From: Octopus bimaculoides
Lineage: Eukaryota
Direction of reading: 5' to 3'
Length of the DNA: 35,134 nt
Assembly: GCF_001194135.2 (NCBI RefSeq)
Contig: NC_068981.1
Coordinates: forward strand, 183,199,953-183,235,086
Below, in pieces: positions 12,034 to 23,746 of the stretch. The notes below the pieces were generated by a model. It did no database searches. It was not told where the DNA came from and saw only the letters and a program-made list of their open reading frames with translations. The stretch's first letter is position 1. Every line of letters starts with the position of its first letter. Made by a program: the position numbers and the translations under genes.

Positions 12034-12206
12034 TAGGCGCAGGAGTGGCTGTGTGGTAAGTAGCTTGCTTACCAACCACATGGTTCCGGGTTCAGTCCCA
12101 CTGCGTGGCACCTTAGGCAAGTGTCTTCTACTATAGCCTCGGGCCAACCAAAGCCTTGTGAGTGGATTTGGTAGACGGAAACTGAAAGAAGCCTGTCGTA
12201 TATATG

Positions 12207-12237
<31 letters not shown>

Positions 12238-12434
12238 TTGTGTGTTTGTCTCCCCACCATCGCTTGAAAACCGATGCTGGTGTGTTTACGTCCCCGTAAC
12301 TTAGCGGTTTGGCAAAAAGAGACCGATAGAATAAGTACTAGGCTTACAAAGAATAAGTCCTGGGGTCGATTAGCTCGACTAAAAGGCGGTGCTCCAGCAT
12401 GGCTGCAGTCAAATGACTGAAACAAGTAAAAGAG
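12034..12434 (+). mobile_element. Full-length tRNA-derived SINE family A (young copy)
   Basis: A box 'gtggctgtgtggtaag', B box 'gggttcagtccc', central (TA)n/(TG)n and tail 'gactgaaacaagtaaaaga'. Highly similar to 19641-20047. Confidence 0.88.
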
Positions 12435-12488
12435 TAATATATGTGTTTGCTTAAGTCAGAATTTGTTTGAATTACTTTACCATTACAG

Positions 12489-12607
12489 AGAAACCTCCAC
12501 CTGGATTTACCCCTAAGTTTGAATCTAGCAAACAAGATCGCACAGTCTTTGTGAGTAACATCAGCTATGATTTGGATGAAGATAATCTGGAAGAAATATT
12601 TTCAAAG
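12489..12607 (+). CDS. SART3: SART3 exon 7 in window (start of RRM1, RNP2)
   Basis: ttacag|...|gtaagt. Encodes (E)KPPPGFTPKFESSKQDRTVFVSNISYDLDEDNLEEIFSK, containing RNP2 TVFVSNI. Confidence 0.95.
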
Positions 12608-13024
12608 GTAAGTTTTGGGCTCAGCTAATCTTATAAATACCTAAATTATTAATTGGCAGATAAACACCACTTAATGCTAAAATAATTAAGTAGTGAAGAT
12701 AGAGAGCTTCTTACAATGCATATATTTCAAGCAGAAAGGCCCCTCCTCAGAAATAAACCAGTCAAGAAACGTAACTCTTTACAATACTGGATATGTTATA
12801 TGTCTACATGATTGTTGATCAACAGGGCCAGTATTGTATAGACTAACATTTCTTGACTGTTTTACTTCTGATGATGGGAGTTTGTGCCTGAAATACATAA
12901 AAGTTATTAGACGTTTTCCTTTAAACATTGTAACAAGCTTTCTGTCTTTCACTATTTTATTATTTTACTTTATCACAATATTTCAAGCAAACTACAGCAC
13001 TCTTCTATTATTCATTGGTCTTTA

Positions 13025-13470
13025 AAGCAGAAAGCTGGCAGAATCATTAGCATGCTGGACGAAATGCTTAGTAGTATTTCACCTGTCACTACATTCACAG
13101 ATCAAATTCTGCCAAGGTCGACTTTGCCTTTCATCCTTTCAGGGTCGATACATTAACCCATTAAGTCCCACTGTCCTATAAATAGGACACTAAATGAGAA
13201 CATTAAATAAGCTATATCACATTGTCTCAGTGTCCTATTTATAGGACACCAAGTATTTCCATTTCTACTTGAAGTAAAGGAATTTTAATAATTATTTTTT
13301 TCATTTTAACCTATTTTCAATCATCTGTAAAAATTTTAAAGTAATATTCAGAAATTTAAGTAGTCTGGGGCTTAATGGGTTAAGTACCAGTGAAGTACTG
13401 GGGTCGATGTGGTTGACTATTCCCCTCCCCTCAAATTTCAGGCCTTGTGCTGCCTCTAGTAGAAAGGATC
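13025..13470 (+). mobile_element. SINE family D copy split by a piggyBac MITE
   Basis: The SINE reads 'agggtcgatacaTTAA' and resumes 'TTAAgtaccagtg' after the insert, matching other copies' 'gtcgataaattaagtacc'. Confidence 0.8.
13157..13379. mobile_element. piggyBac-type MITE (223 bp)
   Basis: TTAA TSDs at 13153-13156 and 13380-13383. TIR CCCATTAAG(T/C)CCCA has 1 mismatch in 14 bp. Confidence 0.85.
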
Positions 13471-14413
13471 ATTCATTGATCTTTTTCCATTTATTTAACT
13501 CTAAACATCATTCACAACATGAATCCACACAAACTCTTATTTATCTGTCAGTTCTTTACTGCATGAAACTTCTTGAATCAAATCACCCTTGTTTATGTTC
13601 GTTTTGAAGTAACCCTCTAATCTAAGGGAGAAAACTACATTTGATGGCATAAAAAGATACAGAGGCGCCCCTATTTCAGCAATGCATAATCATGATGAAA
13701 AGGTTTTTAAGACATTTAAGCATGTAATATTTAAAGCAGTATATTTAAAGCATTAATGAAGTACTTTAGCTACAGCAGAAAAACATTGCTATATATAAAA
13801 AACTAGCAATATGACTGAGCATAAAGTAAGAAATGATGACAGTAAAAATATCTAAAATAATTACAGTAATAAAACATGTAGGGAAAAAACAAAGCACAGT
13901 TCATTTTATAAAAAGCTTTTACTACAGTTGAACATAACCAAAACACACACAAAAAAAAAACTTTAGTTATCATTGAAGTCAGAAAAATCTTTATCATCAA
14001 ACTGGTCTATAGTAATGACTGTCAGAGACTAGATTAGCTTGTGGGAGACTCAGCTTTGCATATAGGGCCTAGGTTGATTTTTTTTTTAAAAACATATTCT
14101 TAGGAAAAAAGTGTGTTATATGCCATCAAATGTGGTGCATTCTGTAATTTTTATTAACAACCCACAAGTTTCTGAATTTTTACAAATTTTTTCCACTTTC
14201 TGCCTTTTATTTATTGCAATGTTTTTTTTACAAAGTGGTCATTAATCAGTGTTTGAGTAATAATTTGTTTGATGATTTGATCAATGAATTAATGGTCGAT
14301 AAGGCTTTGGAGATGACAATCTGAGAGATATATTTATTTATTCTGGGTATACTTGATGTCTAACTTGTGAGTTTGATCCAATTTTTCAACAAGTGACATG
14401 CCTAAAATATTTT

Positions 14414-14567
14414 TTCTACTCTAGGCACAAGGGCCAAAATTTTTTGGGAGGGGTGGGGCCAGTCCAACCCTGAAAGGATGAAAGGCAAAGTTGACTTCGG
14501 TGGAATTTGAACTCAGAAATACTGATAAGCATTTCACCCGGCATGCTGATGTTTCTGCCAGCTCGCT
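14414..14567 (-). mobile_element. SINE family D (internally deleted)
   Basis: Reverse-complement match to 14916-15130. Confidence 0.75.
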
Positions 14568-14915
14568 GTCTTGACATACCTGAAATTTTACCTGAGGAAT
14601 GGTCAGATACCAAACCTTTTGCCAGCATTGTTGGTCTAAAAATACTTTCAGGATTTAATGTAAGGCTTGATGAGTATTTTTTTTCAACCTTTCTCATTGA
14701 GTTTTAATTAGCATGACCACCCAACAAACTAATTTGTTTGAGGAACAAAATGAGGCAGTTAACTTGGTACATGTTTTGATGAAATTCACATACATCTGGG
14801 TATGTTGTTTCTGATGGAAGAAACAGCTTGCCTATAAACTATATTATGAATGAACTACTAAACGATCAGGGTAAAATATTTTTTCTTTTTGTTTGTAATA
14901 TTTGATGTACATTAA

Positions 14916-15205
14916 GGCGGGTGAGCTGGCAGAAACGTTAGCATGCCGGGCAAAATGCTTAGCAGTATTTCGTCTGCCATTACGTTCTGAGTTCAAATTC
15001 CGCCGAGGTCGACTTTGCCTTTCATCCTTTTGGGGTCGATAAATTAAGTACCTGTTGCATACTGGGGTTGATGTAATTGACTGGCCCCCTACCACAAAAT
15101 TTCAGGCCTTGTGCCTAGAGTAGAAAAGAATATTTTAAGGCAGCGAGCTGGCAGAAACGTTTGCATGCTGGGCGAAATGCTTTGCAGTATTTCATCTGGC
15201 TTTAT
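14916..15205 (+). mobile_element. SINE family D full copy followed by a second 5' partial copy
   Basis: 'ggtgagctggcagaaacgttagc...gagttcaaattcc...agtagaaaagaat' then 'ggcagcgagctggcagaaacg'. Confidence 0.85.
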
Positions 15206-15358
15206 TAATTTCATATATATANNNNNNNNNNNNNNNNNNNNNNNNNNNNNNNNNNNNNNNNNNNNNNNNNNNNNNNNNNNNNNNNNNNNNNNNNNNNNNN
15301 NNNNNNNNNNNNNNNNNNNNNNNNNNNNNNNNNNNNNNNNNNNNNATATATATATATA

Positions 15359-15609
15359 TAGGGTTGGTGCATAATTATTGCAGCTTTTTTTCAACAAATT
15401 TTATTCAACAAAAACAATAACAACATGTAACAAAAACGTCTTTAAATGATTATTCCGGAGCATATTCACCATCTACTTCAATTACTGCTTCCCATTTTCT
15501 TGGCAGATGGTCAGACCGTCATTTCAAGATGTTTTGGTTAAATATTGCTATTGTTTTTGCTGAATAAATTTTGTTGAAAAAAAGTCACAATAATTATGCA
15601 CCAACCCAA
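15359..15609 (-). mobile_element. Mariner-derived MITE (Hsmar1/MADE1-like TIRs) with transposase C-terminal remnant
   Basis: ~58-bp TIRs GGGTTGGTGCATAATTATTG... in TA context. Minus strand 15509-15450 encodes HLPRKWEAVIEVDGEYAPE*, matching the mariner C-terminal 'LP.RW..V.E..GEY' pattern. Confidence 0.85.
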
Positions 15610-16039
15610 TATATATGTGTGTGTGTGTGTTATAGGAATGTTAAGAGTTCTACTACAACCATCAAATGTTTGAATTATTTGCATGTAATAAAAATTGTTC
15701 AGCCATTAGGTTTCCCTTCATTGCCTTCGATCTTTCAGTTTTGTCATTTTCGTTTTATGAACTATTGGCTTCTTAAAAGGTGTCAGTTATTTTCAGTTCC
15801 CCACATAAAACATGTCCAAGCTGTTAAATTATTTGATAGACTAAGAAATTATTACATCGCTTGGAAATGGTTATGGGTTGGCAACAGGATGTCCAGCTGT
15901 AGAAAAACTCTGCCTTACCATTTATTCGTCTGGCCTGTCCAAGCATAGAAAAGTGGACATTAAAATGAAGTAAAAGCACGGTTGCCATTGCATACAGGTT
16001 TGTCCCTCGCAACCCTCTCCAACCCAGCATCCCTAATCT

Positions 16040-16265
16040 TGTTGGTTCATAAGTACTTGTGCCACATAAAAAACGTACCCATGCTAGTGTTGTCTAAAAG
16101 CACCCAGTACACTCTGTAAAGTGGTTGTCGTTAGGAAGGGCATTCAGCCATAAAGACCATGCCAAAACAGACATGGAGCCTGAACAGCCCTTCAGCTGGT
16201 CAGCTTCTGCCAAACCATCCAACCTATGGCAGCATGGAAAACGGATGTTAAATGATGAGGATGAA
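16040..16265 (+). mobile_element. Family C repeat (degenerate)
   Basis: 'aaaagcacccagtacactctg...ttaggaagggcattcagc...gcatggaaaacggatgttaaatgatgag'. Confidence 0.7.
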
Positions 16266-16383
16266 TGGCACAGCATTTACAGTATCTAGATCTATTAACT
16301 TCGTAGAGTTAAGCTTTTGTAGATGAACAAATATATGACAAATATGTTATGTACTGATACTTTGATATCATTTGTAATTTTAG

Positions 16384-16467
16384 TGTGGAGAAATTGTCCA
16401 AATCCGACTTGTCCAAAATTACAAAGGCAAATCTAAAGGTTATGCTTATGTTGAGTTTAAATCAACG
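16384..16467 (+). CDS. SART3: SART3 exon 8 in window (RRM1, RNP1)
   Basis: ttttag|...|gtaagt. Encodes CGEIVQIRLVQNYKGKSKGYAYVEFKST, containing RNP1 KGYAYVEF. Confidence 0.96.
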
Positions 16468-16821
16468 GTAAGTTGCCTACTTTCCTTATTGATTTCTTGT
16501 TTGGTTAAATCAGAAAGATGACCATATTTGATGACATGCTAGACACTCTCAAATGTTTAATTCTATGAAAGGTGGGATAGACTACAGTGTACATCACCTG
16601 GAAAACAAGAGTGTATCTTATATAGTCATTGAAGAATATGTTGTTTATAAAGATACTCTTTAAATTAGGTTCAATCAACTATGTCTCTTTTTATATATAT
16701 GTTAGGGACTTCCTTTCTCCATCTTGTCTATGTATTGATTGAACCTCATAGAAATTAATAAAGTCTCAGGTTATATTAATTATTGATAAATTATGAATAA
16801 TTATATTATTATAATATAATA

Positions 16822-18330
16822 CCATAAAAACCCATGTAATTTTTGCACCTGTATAATTTATGCAGGTGATTTTTCAGGATAAAATTTGTTAAAAAAAGCT
16901 TCTATTCATGTAAAATTCGCACCCAAAAGTTTTCAGAATTGCTGATATAGCCAGAGGAAAAAGTTTTCAATTTAGTTGTATTTAGCATAATTTCACTTAC
17001 TTATGACTAGATTTTATTAAATAAAAATAATTTCTGTTTAACAGGTATCACATTGAAAGCTATTAAATTATGTAATTTTTGCATTGTTTATAATAAACTT
17101 TATCTTACATTTCTTGCCCACAAGAGATTATGTCCAATCTTTAGCATACTGCTGTATGTCTTCTCAAATCACAATCACAGGAAAAGTTGTTGATAATTCT
17201 TATCAACAAAAACAAAGCTGATAAATACACATAGGTGTTGCAAATTAAGTTTAATTACCAATAAATATCAGCTTGGATGACACTTTACTCAACCGACAGA
17301 AGAAGGTGACCAATCAAACTGATTATGTAAACAGAATTCTGATTGGTCAAAAGTGTTTTCTTGTCTCAAGCTCTGATTTTCTGCCTATTCTTGTCGAAAC
17401 TTTTGATATGGAGTATCAAAATTTTAATTCCTTTCACACTTATAAAATGTCAGGCAAACTTTAAAATTTGTCATTACTGTTTTAGCTGGGAGACCAAACT
17501 GATAGTTTGGTAACCCGCTAAAATAAACATTAAAAATCAAAGGGAGAAAATAAACAGCTTTGCAAGTTTAACTCAGTGTTTATTGAACAAGAGAAGTGCA
17601 AAATTTAAGAAGCAACTTGTTTGAATATACATGTCTGTGAGGAGACATAAACAAGAATAGCAAAAATCTACTATACCAAAAGAACTGGTAATACATACAT
17701 TACAAGTGTTCTATGAAGAGAACATAAGATTACTGCAGAATTCAACATGAACGTTAAATGACATTAAACATCGTATAAAGTAAATGAAGGTTTCTGTAGG
17801 AACACACAGTTATATTCACTTAGTGAGTTTACATGCACAAGGGTGAATTATGATGTTGTCGTCAACATTAGGTGCAGTAAGAGCTGGTAGCAGCAATGTC
17901 GGCAGTGATGAATTTCATTGTCCTAACACGGAGAAAGCGAGCAATAGCTTTCTGGAGGCAAACGCCAGCTAGACTTCTTGAGCGGAGAAAAACTGATCTA
18001 TTTAAGGAAAGTGATTACCAGCATGATTGTCAGACTTTAAAAAAGTAGTTAACCATTGAATGGTTTCAGTAAATTTATACAGAAAAAAAAAAGCATCCTA
18101 CCATCCAGCATAAATAAAACTCAACTTCATTATATTTTTTCCTGTGGAAACCTATTCTGACATTAAATGAGTCAACTTCCCATACGAATGTTTACATTTG
18201 TACATCATTTTTCAACAAAAAAAAATTCTAAAAAAATTCTGGAAATGATCTGCTCATGTAATTTATGCAGCCACGAAAGTTTATTTTTGTTTTTGCGAAA
18301 AATGTGTGTAAATTACATGGGTTTTTACGG
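16822..18330. mobile_element. ~1.5-kb Tc1/mariner-superfamily (Tc2/pogo-like) degenerate DNA transposon
   Basis: TA|CC(A/G)TAAAAACCCATGTAATTT TIR (21 bp, 1 mismatch) with TA at 16820-16821 and 18331-18332. No intact ORF. Confidence 0.75.
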
Positions 18331-18614
18331 TAATTATTTTATCAATTACTAATTAAGTTTGATGTTATATTAATTACTAATAAATTATGAATAATTATTT
18401 AATATTATATGATAATTATATTAATTATTAACAAAGTCTGAGGTTATATTAATAATTTATTAATAAATATTAAAATATTATATGAAGTAATTATCAATGC
18501 TCTATTAGAATCAAATGTTTGATAGAAGAATCAAAGAAACTTGTGTTGAAATTTGTCAAGGGTAACTCAGAACTATGAAAATCTTTATTCATTGCTTTGT
18601 TGTCTAATTTTCAG

Positions 18615-18722
18615 AATTCTTTGGAGAAAGCTCTTAAAATGGATCGAGAAATGATTGAAGGTCGACCTATATTTGTGTCTAAATGTGAAGACAGGAGTGT
18701 GACAAAAACGCATCAGTTTAAG
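18615..18722 (+). CDS. SART3: SART3 exon 9 in window (end of RRM1)
   Basis: tttcag|...|gtaata. Encodes NSLEKALKMDREMIEGRPIFVSKCEDRSVTKTHQFK, compared with SART3 'ALEMDRKSVEGRPMFVSPCVD'. Confidence 0.95.
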
Positions 18723-18986
18723 GTAATAAGGTTTATGCCTTCTCCTTCATTTTGGTTTACTTTTCTAAACGTCAACCTCTTTACAATGCTTTATATTGCT
18801 GTACCATCACTAGAGAGGTAGTCGTGTCCTTCATATGACTAAAGGGCCCTTGTCAACCTCTTTACAAAATGCGAAGTATGAGTGATAAAGGTAGGAATAA
18901 TAATGATTGGAAGGGTGTGTGATAAGGTGTGGAGTGATAGTAATCCTCACTTTCTATGGAATATACATACTTGTCTCAGTATTCTT

Positions 18987-19320
18987 GAAGGTGCATGGTT
19001 CAGTGGTGAGAGCATCAGGCTCGCAATCATGAGGTTGTGAGTTTGATTCCTGGACTTGGTTGTGTGTTGTGTTCTTGAGCAAGACACTTTATTTCACATT
19101 GCTCCAGTTCACTTAGCTGTAGGAATGTGTTGCAACATCACTGGTGCCAAGCTGTTATCGGCCCCTTTACCTTTTCCTTGGATAACATCAGTGATGTGGA
19201 GAGTGGAGGCTGGTGTCCATGGGCAACTTCTGGTCTTCCATAAGCAGCCTTGCCTTAGAGGGTAACTTTCTAGATGTAACCCCATGATCATTTATGACCA
19301 AAGGTGGGTCTTTTACCTTC
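18987..19320 (+). mobile_element. tRNA-derived SINE (distinct family)
   Basis: A box 'ggttcagtggt', B box 'gagtttgattcc', then 'ttgagcaagacactttatttcacattgctccag'. A related partial copy lies at about 21150-21290. Confidence 0.7.
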
Positions 19321-19640
19321 AGTATTCTTAGAATCTTTTATCGTCTTTTCTGGAACCTTCTGGTTTAGTCACCTCTGTCAAGTCCCTTAAACATATCACT
19401 GATATCTCTTCCCAGCTACATCATTCCTCTGTTGAGCTTCCTGTTTATTCTGTTAGCTCCTTTCTTTGTACTTCTGCTCTCTGGAACTCATGACCATTAT
19501 CTGGTTTTCCTCTAGTCTGTGATATTAACAAACATCTTCTGAATTTATAGGCCTCTTCTTTTCCGTTTTTGTTGTCCCTTACTCTGTTGTGGCCTCAAAT
19601 CTTCTTTGGGACAAAATCATTGAAAAAAGATCTGTATGTA

Positions 19641-19813
19641 TAGGCGCAGGAGTGGCTGTGTGGTAAGTAGCTTGCTTACCAATCACATGGTTCTGGGTTC
19701 AGTTCCACTGCATGGCACCTTGGGCAAGTGTCTTCTTCTATAACCTCGGGCCGACCAAAGCCTTGTGAGTGGATTTGCTAGACGGAAACTGAAAAAAGCC
19801 CGTCGTATATATG

Positions 19814-19844
<31 letters not shown>

Positions 19845-20047
19845 GTGTTTGTGTGTCTGTGTTTGTCCTCCCAACATCGCTTGACAACCGATGTTGGTGT
19901 GTTTATGTCCCCGTAACTTAGCGGTTCGGCAAAAGAGACCGATAGAATAAGTACTAGGCTTACAAAGAATAAGTCCTGGGGTCGATTTGCTCGACTAAAG
20001 GTGGTGCTCCAGCATGGCCGCAGTCAAATGACTGAAACAAGTAAAAG
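19641..20047 (+). mobile_element. Full-length SINE family A (young copy)
   Basis: Highly similar to 12034-12434. Confidence 0.88.
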
Positions 20048-20639
20048 TATGTATATTCAAGGCAGTGTACTGAGATGACAAAAACTTAGGATGTACCAGA
20101 GGAAATGAGCAAGAATGAGCTGGCAGTTGCTGACACAGAGTGATGACAGCATATACCGAGAGTTGATGGATGAAGGGAGTGTCTAATTGGGCACAGGTGG
20201 TCCATTGTGGCCACTTGTACATAGGCTACAAGATGGTGGTTGAGTGATGAGAGTGGCAGCAGAGGAAATGAAAAGTAGAAGGGCCCTGTACGAGTGAATG
20301 ACACTATAGAGTGATGAAACAGAGTCAGAATGGGTGAAGAGGCTTCCTTTGTTACATCCCAAACTCAGGCCCCTGTTGCTCATCTCTTCATCACATCTTC
20401 CTCATTTTAATCTCACTCTACTATACTGTTAGTATGACTGAAGATGACAGAGGGGTCTCTTGTTTGTCATACATTGCATTTTCTCCAGTGTAAATGGTAG
20501 CACACTTATCGTGAATATAGAGAGAAGTGGGTTCAAGTCCCATGCATACCGAAAACCTACTTTTTTCTCTCTCCAACCCATACCAGCTGAGTTAGAGGGA
20601 CATAAATCAGTACCAGTTGTCAAGCAGTGGTGGGGTAAC

Positions 20640-20673
<34 letters not shown>

Positions 20674-20929
20674 GATGGGCTTCCAAATTCACTCACAAAA
20701 TATTGGTGCTGCACAGTGGGACTGAACCCTGAACCTTGTGGCTGCAAAGCAAAATTAATCACGCAGCCATGTCAGTGCCAAGTATTCCAGAACTATCCTG
20801 AACTTGAAGAAACAACTAAATTGTCTCTAATTACAACATGTGTATCTTTGTTTCTTTAGGATTATCAATAATATTGATATTTTTTGTCAAGATTTTGTTA
20901 TTTGCTTGTCATTGTTATTTGATATCCAG

Positions 20930-21019
20930 TTTTCCACCAATTTGGAGAAGAACAAGCTATTTGTCAAAGGTTTACCATTCAGTTGTACAAAAGAGACTTT
21001 GGAGAAAATCTTTAAGGAG
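20930..21019 (+). CDS. SART3: SART3 exon 10 in window (RRM2, RNP2)
   Basis: atccag|...|gtaagg. Encodes FSTNLEKNKLFVKGLPFSCTKETLEKIFKE, compared with SART3 'YSTSLEKHKLFISGLPFSCTKEELEEI'. Confidence 0.96.
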
Positions 21020-21029
21020 GTAAGGAAAT

Positions 21030-21030
<1 letters not shown>

Positions 21031-21085
<55 letters not shown>
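21031..21085 (+). repeat. (CT)n microsatellite
   Basis: Direct reading; it starts 12 nt after the exon 10 donor. Confidence 0.95.
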
Positions 21086-21089
<4 letters not shown>

Positions 21090-21399
21090 TCATCTGTATT
21101 AACACCTCACCAAGCTGGCTCTACATTCCAGTTTTAGCTATTGTGAAGCTTTGTGGCTCAGTGGTTAAGCTGTTGAACTCACAGACGTAAAGTCATGAGT
21201 TCAATTCCCAGACCAACCAGTGCATTGTGCCCCTAGGAAAGGCACTTTATTTCACTTTGCTCCCAATCCATTCAGCTGAAAATGAGTTGCATCTGGGCTG
21301 TTTACCCAAAACTAATAAAGATGCCTTTATTTAAAATATCTGTAAGTCAATAGACAAAGACAAGTATATGACTGAAAGAAATGTCCTTGCTTCTTGTCT

Positions 21400-21800
21400 G
21401 GCAAAAATATTGCAAGACAAAAATAGCACCATTTGAGCGTGATCATTACCAGCGTCGCCTTACTGGCACTTGGGCCGGTGGCATGTTAGAAAACATGCAA
21501 GCGAGATCGTTGCCAGTGCCGCTGGACTGGCTCCCGTGCAGGTGGCACATAAAAAACACCATTTTGAGTGTGGCCGTTGCCAGTACTGCCTGACTGGCCC
21601 TTGTGCCGGTGGCACGTAAAAGCATCCACTACACTCTCGGAGTGGTTGGCGTTAGGAAGGGCATCCAGCTGTAGAAACTCTGCCAGATCAGATTGGAGCC
21701 TGGTGCAGCCATCCGGTTCACCAGTCCTCAGTCAAATCGTCAAATCCTTGCTAGCATGGAAAGCAGATATTAAACGATTATTATTATGATGATGATGATG
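21400..21800 (+). mobile_element. Family C modular repeat (about 4 modules plus tail)
   Basis: Repeated 'gtggca.gtaaaaagcaccatttgag.gtg..cgttgccag' modules followed by the common tail. Confidence 0.8.
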
Positions 21801-21924
21801 ATGAATAGATTGGCCTAATTGTTTTATTAAGGTTAAGACAAGGGTTTAAAAAAATGAGTATTTGAATGTATTTTTGCTGCAAATTACATTATTTCTGCTA
21901 TTTATTGCATCTGTTTCTATCTAG

Positions 21925-22008
21925 CATGGAACTGTGAAAGACGTCCGGCTTGTTACATATAGAAATGGTGCCCCTAAGGGCTTGGCCTATGTGGAATATG
22001 AAGATCCT
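21925..22008 (+). CDS. SART3: SART3 exon 11 in window (RRM2, RNP1)
   Basis: atctag|...|gtaagt. Encodes HGTVKDVRLVTYRNGAPKGLAYVEYEDP, compared with SART3 'HGTVKDLRLVTNRAGKPKGLAYVEYE'. Confidence 0.96.
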
Positions 22009-22179
22009 GTAAGTATTTGTTTTATGTACTTTTCATTATTTCTTCTTTGGAAAGCTGGCACAGCCTTTCAGGTACACATGGGACTGATTGGCCACAGCCA
22101 GACCCAACACCATGCTCTGTCCTTTTCTCCCATGTGATGTCCTTTATTATCATCGACAGAGATGGACAAACTAAATAAT

Positions 22180-22350
22180 AATAATAATAATCCTTTCTAC
22201 TGGAGGCACAAGGCCCCAGTGTTTCACTGATACTGAAGTTATCGATCCTGTAAGGATGAAAGGTATAGTTGACCTTGGCAGAATTTGAACTCAGAATGTA
22301 GCGACGGGCAAAATACCATCGCTAAGCATTTCGTCCAGCATGCTAACAAT
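22180..22350 (-). mobile_element. SINE family D (partial)
   Basis: 'atcctttctactggaggcacaaggcc...gaatttgaactcagaatgtag...ctaagcatttcgtccagcatgctaac' is the reverse complement of family D. Confidence 0.7.
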
Positions 22351-22402
22351 TCTTCCAACTCATCACCTTCTAAATAAATAAATAAATAATAATCATATTA
22401 AT

Positions 22403-22439
<37 letters not shown>

Positions 22440-22631
22440 CCAGTGTAAGATAGCATGTCAACGTGTAACTCAGCCATTCACTAAATAGAGATCCCTAAAA
22501 TAAGTACCAGATTAAAATACTAGATTGCAGTGGCATGCTATTAATTAACTGTTAATTGTTTGATTAATTCCTTACCTACTTCTGTGTCCAGTCTGGTATC
22601 TTAGATGGTCAGCTGTTTACATTTTTACATA

Positions 22632-23010
22632 AGTGTAGGTATGGTTGTATGGTTAAGAAGCTTGCTTGGCAACTACATGGTTTCGGGTTCAGTCCCACTG
22701 TACGGCACTTTGGTCAAGTGTCTTCTATAACCTTAGGCTTGCCAAATCCTTGTGAGTGGATTTGGTAGGCGGAAACTTTGTGGAAGCCTGTGACGTGTTT
22801 GTGAACATGTTTATATTTGTCTCCTCCACACAGCTTGACAACCACTGTCATTTTGTTTACATCCTCTTGACTGAGCAGTTCAATAAAAGCGACTGATAGA
22901 ATATGTAACAGACTTTAAAAAAGTATTGAGCGGATTTGTTTAAGTAAACCCTACAAGGTTGTGCTCCAGCATGACCGTAATCCAATGACTGAAACAAATG
23001 TGAAAGATAA
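22632..23010 (+). mobile_element. Older SINE family A copy
   Basis: Colinear with 12034-12434 but with many substitutions, including CpG decay. Confidence 0.75.
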
Positions 23011-23222
23011 AGACTAATATTTACTAAACAAAATTGCTTTTTGTTTTTCTTTCATTTATTATCATTTAACATTCACTTTCCATCTTGGGTTGGACATTGG
23101 GTGACACTGGTATTGATCCTGAAACCACACAGTTTGCGAGTTAACCTCTTCTTTACACCACCAGGCTTGCAGCCATATTTTATGCAATAAGGAAATGACT
23201 ATATTAGTTAATGGTTACTATA

Positions 23223-23235
<13 letters not shown>

Positions 23236-23255
<20 letters not shown>

Positions 23256-23535
23256 GAGTGAGAGAGCAGTGCATGCCATCAAAGTGACACTGGGGTAAAA
23301 TATATGAAGCCCAGTATACCCATCATGACTACCCATCTGATAAGGGTGCACTAGGCGCATGCATCACAATGATATGTGCGGGACATGGTGATCTTACATC
23401 AAGATAAACAGCGCATGACCTCGCAGGTGGGGCCCAGTTAGAATTTTCATCAGGTCAAGTAACCCATCCCACTCAAAAGGTCCCTGAATAAAGTTTGTTT
23501 AAGGATGGTGAACAAAACACCCATGTTTCCAAACA
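23236..23535 (-). mobile_element. SINE/LINE-tail-like repeat ending in (AAT)n
   Basis: GC-richer block abutting the (TAT)n run at 23224-23255. Recalled as a common cephalopod repeat; family not assigned. Confidence 0.45.
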
Positions 23536-23746
23536 TTAGAGGGTTGTGTAGTCTTCCAACTCATCAGATCCTGTTGGACTTCCCAACCCACACTAGCTTA
23601 GAGAACGGACATTAAATGATGATGCTGATAATTGGCAATGATGCAATTTGTGAAATGGTGTTTCTTTTACATTTGCAATCTCCTTAATATCCTTAAATCT
23701 AATTTCTATGTCTAATGAAACTTGCTTTTTCTCCTTTTGGTTCCAG

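Noticed and set aside
12045-12100. tRNA-like A and B boxes here and at 18987-19050 and 19650-19710
   Set aside because: They are SINE heads followed by SINE bodies and do not give a complete cloverleaf, so they are not tRNA genes.
21400-21660. Repeat-spacer-like periodicity reminiscent of CRISPR
   Set aside because: Eukaryotic context, degenerate modules that are themselves homologous, no cas genes; this is the family C repeat.
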